Shown: piece after piece, positions 9,821 through 16,564 of the stretch
Numbering within the stretch: the first letter of the stretch is position 1
Layout of the letters: the number at the start of each line of letters is the position of its first letter
Assembly: GCA_051439425.1 (NCBI GenBank)
Contig: JBFRWD010000041.1
Span: 1-18,216, forward strand
Length of the DNA: 18,216 nt
Source: Synechococcus sp.
GTDB taxonomy: Bacteria; Cyanobacteriota; Cyanobacteriia; Thermostichales; PCC-7336
Direction: 5' to 3'
Translations under genes and position numbers: made by a program
The notes under the pieces: model-generated
Databases searched by the model: none
What the model was told of the DNA's origin: nothing
What the model saw: only the letters and a program-made list of their open reading frames with translations

Positions 9821-9960
9821 GACTTGGCCTTTGAGTGTGGTGATGCGATCGCTGCAGGTGCCGAGTGCGATGAAACCGGATAGAAGAATAAACAATTCAA
9901 CTGTGGCGATCCTCTGGTGCGATTGGTGCTAACAACAGATATTTGGCGTGCGGGGGTGGC

Positions 9961-11571
9961 ATGAATCTGAATCGGTATCCCTATGCGTCTCGGCGATCGG
10001 TGGTGATGGGGAGGTGCGGTGCGGTGGCAACGGCTCAGCCGCTGGCGGCGATGGTAGGAGCCACTATTTTGGCTGGGGGAGGCAACGCTGTGGATGCGGC
10101 GGTGGCAATGGCGATCGCTCTGACAGTGTTGGAACCTACTGCAAATGGGTTGGGGTCGGATGCGTTTGCGTTGGTGTGGGATGGGCGATTGCACGGCCTG
10201 AATGGCTCGGGGCGCAGTCCGCAGGTGTTGCATCCAGATGTTTTAGAGACATTGGAGTGTAAGGACGCTGGCCAGGTTATGCCGCTGTATGGGTGGCCGG
10301 CAGTGACAGTTCCGGGGGCGGTGTCGGCGTGGCAGGCGTTGTGGAAGCGTTGGGGGTCGGTGCCGTTTCATCAGCTGTGCGGACCGGCGATTCGATATGC
10401 CCGGGAGGGATTTCCGGTGTCTCCGCAGGTGGCGCGACTGTGGAGGGCGGAAACGGCGCAATATGCAGGACTGGAAGGACCAGAGTTTCGGGCGTTTCGG
10501 GAGTTGTTTTTTGCGGGGGGGCGATCGCCAAAAGTGGGTGAAGTGTGGAGTAGTTTGGGTCATGCCCGAACGTTGCAGTCGTTGGCAGAGACAGAGGGGG
10601 AGAGTTTTTATCGGGGGGAGATTGCCGAGGCCATCGTCGACTTCTCTGCGGTGACGGGGGGGACGCTGTCGCTGGCGGATTTGGATGCCCATCGAGCGGA
10701 TTGGGTGGAGCCGATTGGGACGCAGTATCGGGATGTAACGGTGTGGGAGTTGCCGCCCAACGGGCAGGGGGTGACCGCGCTAATGGCGCTGAATATTTTG
10801 GAAGGGTTTGAGCTGGGGCGCTGGCCGCGGGATTCGGTGGAGAGCGTGCATTTACAAGTGGAGGCCATGAAGCTGGCGTTTGCGGATGCCTACCGGCATG
10901 TGGCCGATCCGGTAGCGATGCAGGTGGGGGTGGAGCAGATGCTGGATAAGGGCTATGCAGGGCGGCGGCGAGGGTTGATTGGAGATCGGGCGATACAGAT
11001 GGCGACTCCGGGGTTGCCGGAGGGGGGGACGGTGTATCTGGCCGCGGCGGATGGGGAATTGATGGTGTCGTTGATTCAGTCGAATTTTCGCAATTTTGGT
11101 AGCGGGATTGTGGTGCCTGAGACGGGGATTTCGCTGCAGAATCGCGGCAGTGGATTTAGTCTTGACCCTACCCATCCCAATTGTGTGACGGCCGGAAAGC
11201 GTCCATTCCACACGATTATTCCCAGCTTTTTGACGCGGGATGGGGTGCCGTTAGGGCCGATGGGGGTGATGGGGGCGCACATGCAGCCGCAGGGGCACGT
11301 GCAAATGGTGGTGAATTTAGTGGATTACGGGATGAATCCGCAGGCGGCGTTGGATGCGCCGCGATGGTGTGTTGGGGTAGGGAATCAGGTGTCGGTGGAG
11401 CAGTCGATGCCGGGGCATGTAGCGTTGGGGTTGGAAGATCGCGGTCATGCGGTGACGGTGGAGGCGAGTTCGACGCTGTTTGGGAAAGGGCAGATGATTT
11501 TCCGAGGGGATGAGTCTGTATTGATTGGGGCGTCGGAGCCGCGAGGAGATGGGATGGCGATCGCCTTTTAA
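9961..11571 (+). CDS. ggt: Gamma-glutamyltransferase family protein (YwrD-like)
   Basis: GGNAVDAAVA, GLGSDAFA, VTVPGAVSAW, ELPPNGQG, GGTVYL (Thr nucleophile), LQNRG, KRPFHTIIP, GVMGAHMQPQGH, GASEPRGDG. ATG at 9961. Confidence 0.95.
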   Translation: MNLNRYPYASRRSVVMGRCGAVATAQPLAAMVGATILAGGGNAVDAAVAMAIALTVLEPTANGLGSDAFALVWDGRLHGLNGSGRSPQVLHPDVLETLECKDAGQVMPLYGWPAVTVPGAVSAWQALWKRWGSVPFHQLCGPAIRYAREGFPVSPQVARLWRAETAQYAGLEGPEFRAFRELFFAGGRSPKVGEVWSSLGHARTLQSLAETEGESFYRGEIAEAIVDFSAVTGGTLSLADLDAHRADWVEPIGTQYRDVTVWELPPNGQGVTALMALNILEGFELGRWPRDSVESVHLQVEAMKLAFADAYRHVADPVAMQVGVEQMLDKGYAGRRRGLIGDRAIQMATPGLPEGGTVYLAAADGELMVSLIQSNFRNFGSGIVVPETGISLQNRGSGFSLDPTHPNCVTAGKRPFHTIIPSFLTRDGVPLGPMGVMGAHMQPQGHVQMVVNLVDYGMNPQAALDAPRWCVGVGNQVSVEQSMPGHVALGLEDRGHAVTVEASSTLFGKGQMIFRGDESVLIGASEPRGDGMAIAF

Positions 11572-11628
11572 ACACCTGTGCAGCAATGACAGTACTGGGC
11601 AATGACGCGCCTTTACGGTCAGTGTCGT

Positions 11629-12201
11629 TCAACCCGAAAGCAGGGCCGCAGCGACTTGTTTGGCACGCAAAGCAGCATCTGCATTTCCCTGCATCATTGC
11701 CACTACAATTGCCCCCTCGATCAAAACCAATAGTTGCTGAGCCAGCACATCAGCATTCTCCAGGCCTGCCAATGTGACCAATCCAAGAACGTAATCAGAG
11801 AGCACGCGCTGGTGTTCAATGGCAACCTGATATCCAGGATGCTCTGGATTAACCAGCTCTACCGTGGAGTTAATAAAGGCGCACCCCCGAAAATCAGGCT
11901 GCTCGAACCACTCTGTCAACACATCAAAAATAGCGAGGATGCGATCGCGAGGTCCTGTTGCCAGTGACTCTACTCTTGCTTGAAACCAAGCGCGCCAATT
12001 TTCGTCTCGCTGCTGCAGCCAAGCCGTTATTAATGCATCTTTTGACTTGAAGTGGTTGTACAGCGACATCTTCGCCACTCCCGACTCAGCAATGATGCGA
12101 TCGATGCCTACATTTTGCGTACCTTCTTGATAGAACAGCTCCGAAGCCGCTGCAAGGATGCGATCGCGAGCCGAGGTACGAGGTGTTTTTTGGCGAGCCA
12201 T
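11629..12201 (-). CDS. TetR/AcrR family transcriptional repressor (NemR/YxaF-like, with a GC motif)
   Basis: RDRILAAASELFYQEG...GIDRIIAESGVAKMSLYNHFKSKD HTH; C-terminal FRGCAFIN. Start at ATG 12201; the longer ORF to 12420 runs through operator/promoter DNA. Confidence 0.95.
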   Translation of the reverse strand: MARQKTPRTSARDRILAAASELFYQEGTQNVGIDRIIAESGVAKMSLYNHFKSKDALITAWLQQRDENWRAWFQARVESLATGPRDRILAIFDVLTEWFEQPDFRGCAFINSTVELVNPEHPGYQVAIEHQRVLSDYVLGLVTLAGLENADVLAQQLLVLIEGAIVVAMMQGNADAALRAKQVAAALLSG

Positions 12202-12211
12202 CTTACAAGAA

Positions 12212-12229
12212 TAAACAGACCTGTCTATA
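12212..12229. promoter_or_regulatory. Putative TetR operator O1
   Basis: TAAACAGACCTGTCTATA, about 10 nt upstream of the tetR ATG; its reverse complement TATAGACAGGTCTGTTTA closely matches O2. Confidence 0.8.
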
Positions 12230-12363
12230 CAATATCGCGAACAAACGCCAGCCAACAAGCAATGGCCAGAGAAGAAGAACCCAAAGACAGTCTTGAACAG
12301 ACCGCCAATCGTTCGCTCTAACGACTGACTCTCGCCCAATTGCGAGGCATTAGAGAAAATGGC

Positions 12364-12392
12364 TTGCATGAATACAGACAGGTCTGTATAGT
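12364..12392 (+). promoter_or_regulatory. Sigma70-type promoter TTGCAT-N17-TATAGT overlapped by TetR operator O2
   Basis: TTGCAT 12364-12369, TATAGT 12387-12392; perfect palindrome ATACAGAC-AG-GTCTGTAT at 12372-12389. Confidence 0.85.
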
Positions 12393-12396
12393 ATGA

Positions 12397-12418
12397 GTAT
12401 ACAGAACGTTCTACATAC
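12397..12418. promoter_or_regulatory. Putative TetR operator O3 at the predicted transcription start
   Basis: GTATACAGAACGTTCTACATAC with palindromic core AGAACGTTCT; left arm ATACAGA identical to O2. Confidence 0.6.
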
Positions 12419-12499
12419 ATTCTTGGTTGGATGATCTGTGGGCCCTTCTGTTTTGGGACTGATGCAATCTATGCGCTGATTGAGGCTTTGGAGGTTCTG

Positions 12500-13477
12500 A
12501 TGCAATTAACTCGGCAAACTCTTAACCAGCAGGCAGACCATGTCTATGACGTTTTAGTGGTCGGAGGCGGTGCGGCCGGATTGTCGGCGGGGATCTATCT
12601 TCAGCGCTACTTGCTCTCTACGCTGATTATCGACAAAGGCAAAGCCCGTTCTGTCTGGATGCAAGAGCTGCACAATTATCTGGGCTTGCCTCCCGAAACT
12701 CCTGGCCGAGAGGTTCTCAAACAGGGTAAGGAACACTACCTTTCTCTCGAAGGCGACTACTTAAACGCCTACGTTGAAGAGGTAATTGATGAAGGGGAAA
12801 CCTTTGCTGTTCGCGTTCGCATTGGTCGCAAGAACCCAACTTACGAGGTTGTTCGCAGCCGTTATTTGATCGCGGCCAGCGGCATCATCGACCATCTGCC
12901 TCAGCTTGCCGACATGCAAAACGTGTTTGACTATGCCGGACATAACCTACATGTCTGTCTGATCTGTGATGGCTATGAAATGCGCGACCGGCGAGTTGGC
13001 GTCTTTGGTGGTAGTGAAGGCGGTCTGCAAGTGGCGTTCCCGCTGGGATGGTTCACGCCTCACATCACTCTATTTACGAATGGGGCATTCGAAGTGGGGC
13101 ACGAGCTGCGCGATCGCTTGACCGAAGCGGGCTACATTCTGAATGAAAAGCCCATTCGTCAGTTCCTTGGCGACAATCATCAAATGTCAGGAGTTGAACT
13201 GGATGATGGCTCTGTCGTAGAGCTCGATGCTGGTCTTGTTTCAATGGGGTCCAAGTACCACGCTGACTATCTCAACGGCATTGACTTGGAATACAACGGT
13301 GGCAATCTAGTGACGGATTCTATGAACCGTACTTCTCACCCACGTATTTTTGCTGTTGGCGATCTCAAAGTCGGCATGAATCAAGTTGTCATTGCAGCCG
13401 CCGATGGAGCAAACGCTGCGACTCAGATCTGGCGTGATATCCGCCGTGTTGAAGGTACTCGTCGTTTGGCGGCATAA
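12500..13477 (+). CDS. NAD(P)/FAD-dependent oxidoreductase, thioredoxin-reductase-like fold with CxxC
   Basis: DVLVVGGGAAGLSA FAD motif, CLICDGYE, TSHPRIFAVGD, QVVIAAADGA. RBS GGAGG at 12490-12494 supports ATG 12500 rather than 12431. Confidence 0.92.
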   Translation: MQLTRQTLNQQADHVYDVLVVGGGAAGLSAGIYLQRYLLSTLIIDKGKARSVWMQELHNYLGLPPETPGREVLKQGKEHYLSLEGDYLNAYVEEVIDEGETFAVRVRIGRKNPTYEVVRSRYLIAASGIIDHLPQLADMQNVFDYAGHNLHVCLICDGYEMRDRRVGVFGGSEGGLQVAFPLGWFTPHITLFTNGAFEVGHELRDRLTEAGYILNEKPIRQFLGDNHQMSGVELDDGSVVELDAGLVSMGSKYHADYLNGIDLEYNGGNLVTDSMNRTSHPRIFAVGDLKVGMNQVVIAAADGANAATQIWRDIRRVEGTRRLAA

Positions 13478-13647
13478 AGGGGCGGTTGCATTTGGGAACA
13501 ACGTGGTGTTTTCAGGCTTACATTTGGGCATGCAATCCTTGCCCATCTGTTCCTCATTTTTATTATCAACGTTCGCTCTATCGACGTAACGAACCTCTGC
13601 AAACGAACTATCCACATTAACGGGCCGATGGGTCCAGGAGACTTTCT

Positions 13648-14049
13648 ATGTCCCGTCCAGTCAATCTAACCGAACAAAATATAGCTATTAATGGCTACGA
13701 TCCCGTATCCTATTTCGCGGACAATCCCGTACCGGGCAGTTCCGATATTGCTTCCACTCACGGTGATGCAACCTACTACTTTTCTAGCGCTGAAAACAAG
13801 GCCAAATTTGAAGCAAATCCGGAAGCCTACATTCCTCAATACGGCGGTTTTTGTGCCGTTGCAGTTTCGGAAGGGAAATTGGTTCCAGTCGATCCAAAAA
13901 CCTACAAAATTACTGACGATAAGCTGTATCTCTTCTACAACGGTGAGCACGGTAACACCAAACCTCAATGGGATGCTGACGAAAGCACGATGAAGGCTAA
14001 CGCAGATTCAGTCTGGGCTAATGGGGAGCTGATTATTCCTGAAATGTAG
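13648..14049 (+). CDS. YHS domain-containing (seleno)protein homolog, Cys form
   Basis: AINGYDPVSYF, YYFSSAENKAKFEANPEAYIPQYGGFCA, DP..YKI.DDKLYLFYN; RBS AGGAG upstream. Confidence 0.9.
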   Translation: MSRPVNLTEQNIAINGYDPVSYFADNPVPGSSDIASTHGDATYYFSSAENKAKFEANPEAYIPQYGGFCAVAVSEGKLVPVDPKTYKITDDKLYLFYNGEHGNTKPQWDADESTMKANADSVWANGELIIPEM

Positions 14050-14066
14050 TTTTTTCTGGAGGCGAG

Positions 14067-14100
14067 GCAGCTTGCACTTCAACCTGCTGAATTTATTTTT
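14067..14100 (+). terminator. Possible weak intrinsic terminator after the YHS gene
   Basis: GCAGcTTG-cactt-CAAcCTGC imperfect hairpin followed by a T-rich tract. Confidence 0.3.
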
Positions 14101-14108
14101 GAAAGCTT

Positions 14109-14209
14109 GGCAATCCGCTGTAAGGTTTTGAGCTTGATCGTTGCAAACTCCTTAATTTATAGACGAATAGAGTTAGGAAACTCTTTATCACGGATTGTCG
14201 ATCGCTATA
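14109..14209 (+). repeat. Dispersed MITE-like repeat, copy 2 (complete)
   Basis: GGCAATCCGCTGTAAGG...AGGAAACTCTTTATCACGGATTGTCGATCGCTATA; GCAATC-to-AGGAAACTCT offset is 65 nt versus 66 nt in copy 1. Confidence 0.8.
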
Positions 14210-14227
14210 TGATTTGGAGAACATTCA

Positions 14228-14851
14228 ATGTCATCATTTACATTAGCCGAATTGCCGGCTGAAATTCAGCAACATACTGCGAAAAGATTACTGAAAAAAG
14301 GGGAAATTCTTCTTCAGCAGGGAGATGCGGCGAAACATCTTTTCTTAGTAATGAGCGGGCAGATGCGTTTAGTTAGTTTTGCCAGCCATCAAATGGTGAC
14401 GCATTACTTTGTAGAGGCTGGTGAATTACTCGGCGAAAGTGCCCTGTACATACCGACGTATGGATGTACTGCGATCGCCGAAACTTCCAGTGAAATTGCA
14501 TCCATTCCCGTTGATGATTTTGCGGCTGCTCTCAAAACCCATCCAGAGCTGTCGGAGCGCTACTTGGCCCTGTTGACCCAACGCTTTAGCGCCGTGAAAT
14601 CGCTGTTGGAATTGCGGAGCATTCATTCATCTCGCGATCGCTTATTGCAGTACTTAGTACCTCGTCTAGCACCAAGTGATTACACGGTAACGCTCGATAA
14701 GCCATTACGAGCCGTTGCCAGCGAGCTGGCTTTGACTCCAGAATCCTTATCTCGTTTGCTTGCTCGGCTTGAAAAAGAAGGAGCGATTACTCGCCAACGA
14801 CGAATGATTACCTTCTCTCCAGAATGGCTGGAGGAAGTTGCCGAATGTTGA
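14228..14851 (+). CDS. Crp/Fnr family transcriptional regulator
   Basis: cNMP-binding-like beta-roll (LKKGEILLQQGD, GELLGESAL), C-helix RDRLLQYL, HTH VASELALTPESLSRLLARLEKEGAI; RBS GGAGA. Confidence 0.93.
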   Translation: MSSFTLAELPAEIQQHTAKRLLKKGEILLQQGDAAKHLFLVMSGQMRLVSFASHQMVTHYFVEAGELLGESALYIPTYGCTAIAETSSEIASIPVDDFAAALKTHPELSERYLALLTQRFSAVKSLLELRSIHSSRDRLLQYLVPRLAPSDYTVTLDKPLRAVASELALTPESLSRLLARLEKEGAITRQRRMITFSPEWLEEVAEC

Positions 14852-14854
14852 CAA

Positions 14855-14898
14855 CTTGACGACCGTCAAGGATCTCCAATCAAGAAATCCCGTAGTCT
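14855..14898 (+). promoter_or_regulatory. Fnr-type box TTGAC-N4-GTCAA with class-II -10 element TAGTCT
   Basis: CTTGACG-AC-CGTCAAG (14855-14870), perfect 7-bp arms; TAGTCT at 14893-14898 places the box centre near -42. Confidence 0.75.
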
Positions 14899-14955
14899 CT
14901 CTCTACATCCAATTCCCCGCTCAGCTCAATTTATCCATTTACCGGATTCCGCCCT

Positions 14956-15975
14956 ATGAATCCTCTTAATTACAGCTTCAATCGCCGCCACTTTCTGGCT
15001 TTTGGCTCCGCCGCTGCTGCAACTAGCGCCATAACAACACATCAGTTGGCAAAGTCTTCTGCTACAGCTGGAGCCCAGAGCTTAGACGAATCTCAGAGTT
15101 TTTCCATCGAGAGTATTCGCTATCAAACTGTCAAAATCGATGGTTTGGATATCTTTTACCGCGAAGCTGGATCTCCTGACAATCCGACCATTCTTTTACT
15201 GCATGGGTTCCCAACGTCATCTCATATGTTCCGTAACTTGATGTTGGCGTTGAGCGATGCTTATCACCTTGTTGCTCCTGACTACCCTGGCTATGGCAAC
15301 AGCTCCATGCCACTAGTGGATGAGTTTGATTACACCTTCGATAATCTTGCGGATGTGGTCGATAAGTTTGTGCAGGCGGTCGGACTCTCTCAATACTCCC
15401 TCTACTTGATGGATTACGGTGCCCCCATCGGGTTCCGGCTCGCCACCCGACATCCCGAAAAAGTACAAACACTCTTGATTCAAAATGGCAACGCTTATGA
15501 AGAAGGGCTAGAGGAATTTTGGGATCCTCTCAGAGCCTATTGGGCAGATCGCTCGGAGGAAAACGCCAACCAGTTGCGCCCGTTCCTCGAATTTGAAGGG
15601 ACTAGATGGCAATACGTGACTGGTGTCCGAAATCCAGCTGCCATCAGTCCTGACAATTGGAATCTGGATCAACGTTTCCTCGATCGCCCAGGAAATAAAG
15701 ACATTCAACTGGCGCTGTTTTATAGTTACGGGTCTAACGTGCCTCTCTATCCAGATTGGCAGGCTTACATGAGGGACAATCAACCGCCTGCCCTGATTAC
15801 ATGGGGCAAAAACGATCCTATTTTTCCTGAGTCGGGTGCTCACCCCTATAAACGGGATTTACAAACTCTGGACTTCCACTTACTCGACACAGGTCACTTT
15901 GCGCTTGAAGAAGATGGCGACACCGTCACCCGTCTAATTCGCCAATTCTTGGCTAAGCACGTATGGCAGGTATAG
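14956..15975 (+). CDS. Tat-exported alpha/beta hydrolase (epoxide hydrolase / haloalkane dehalogenase class)
   Basis: NRRHFL twin-arginine motif plus Ala-rich h-region; [22 protein letters not shown] (Asp nucleophile), [14 protein letters not shown] (catalytic His). Confidence 0.92.
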   Translation: MNPLNYSFNRRHFLAFGSAAAATSAITTHQLAKSSATAGAQSLDESQSFSIESIRYQTVKIDGLDIFYREAGSPDNPTILLLHGFPTSSHMFRNLMLALSDAYHLVAPDYPGYGNSSMPLVDEFDYTFDNLADVVDKFVQAVGLSQYSLYLMDYGAPIGFRLATRHPEKVQTLLIQNGNAYEEGLEEFWDPLRAYWADRSEENANQLRPFLEFEGTRWQYVTGVRNPAAISPDNWNLDQRFLDRPGNKDIQLALFYSYGSNVPLYPDWQAYMRDNQPPALITWGKNDPIFPESGAHPYKRDLQTLDFHLLDTGHFALEEDGDTVTRLIRQFLAKHVWQV

Positions 15976-16053
15976 AGCTTAGCCACAAAAGCCCTGGATT
16001 TGCAAAGAAACAGAGCGAGGAAACTCTTTATCGCAGATTGCCGATCGCGCTAT
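15966..16053 (+). repeat. Dispersed MITE-like repeat, copy 3 (5'-truncated, overlaps the hydrolase stop codon)
   Basis: AGGTATAGAGCTT...CAGAGCGAGGAAACTCTTTATCGCAGATTGCCGATCGCGCTAT aligns with copy 2 AGGTTTTGAGCTT...TAGAGTTAGGAAACTCTTTATCACGGATTGTCGATCGCTAT. Confidence 0.75.
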
Positions 16054-16135
16054 GTCTAGCCAGCGTTCAACCCGCATGTTTCATCCTTCATCGCGAATAT
16101 TTCAACCGCTCCAATTCACACAAGGAATTTTCACT

Positions 16136-16537
16136 ATGGCAGTTACTCAAGGCGCCCATCACATCGGTTTAACCGTTCCCGACATCGATGCCACCCGCGA
16201 TTTTTTCGTCGATGTCTTGGAATTCCAACAAGTTGGCGCTGTTCCTGACTATCCGGCCTATTTTGTGTCCGATGGGAGTACTCTATTGACCTTATGGCAA
16301 GCATCAGAGCCCGACCAAGCGACTCCATTCAATCGAAAGACCAATATTGGCCTGCACCACTTTGCGTTCAAAGTAGGTGGTGTTGATACCCTCAAAGCCA
16401 TATACGAAAAGCTTCAAACTACCGAGGGGGTTGACATTGAATTTGCACCGGAGCTGCTAGGGGGTGGCCCTTCCCAACACATGATGTTCTACATTCCCGG
16501 TGGTATTCGTATGGAACTCACGGCTCCGGCTAGTTAA
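16136..16537 (+). CDS. VOC (glyoxalase/bleomycin-resistance/dioxygenase) family protein
   Basis: GAHHIGLTVPD...FFVDVLEF, GLHHFAFKV, PGGIRMEL metal-ligand pattern (H, H, E). RBS AAGGA supports ATG 16136 rather than 16052. Confidence 0.92.
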   Translation: MAVTQGAHHIGLTVPDIDATRDFFVDVLEFQQVGAVPDYPAYFVSDGSTLLTLWQASEPDQATPFNRKTNIGLHHFAFKVGGVDTLKAIYEKLQTTEGVDIEFAPELLGGGPSQHMMFYIPGGIRMELTAPAS

Positions 16538-16564
16538 CTTAAGCGATCGAAGGACGTAGACACT

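Noticed and set aside
9799..11632. Many alternative-frame and antisense ORFs over ggt
   Set aside because: Pro/Arg/Gly-rich shadows caused by the high G+C, stop-poor sequence.
12202..12420. 73-codon N-terminal extension of the TetR ORF
   Set aside because: Runs through operators and the divergent promoter; TetR HTH domains start near the N-terminus, so ATG 12201 is preferred.
13648..14100. Selenocysteine recoding in the YHS gene
   Set aside because: The motif codon is TGT (Cys) and there is no in-frame TGA.
7391..16053. Repeat copies or TPR units as a CRISPR array
   Set aside because: Copies are kilobases apart and diverged; TPR units are in-frame coding repeats without unique spacers; no cas genes in the window.
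16052..16135. N-terminal extension of the VOC ORF
   Set aside because: Starts at the end of the repeat element; the RBS and domain start support ATG 16136.
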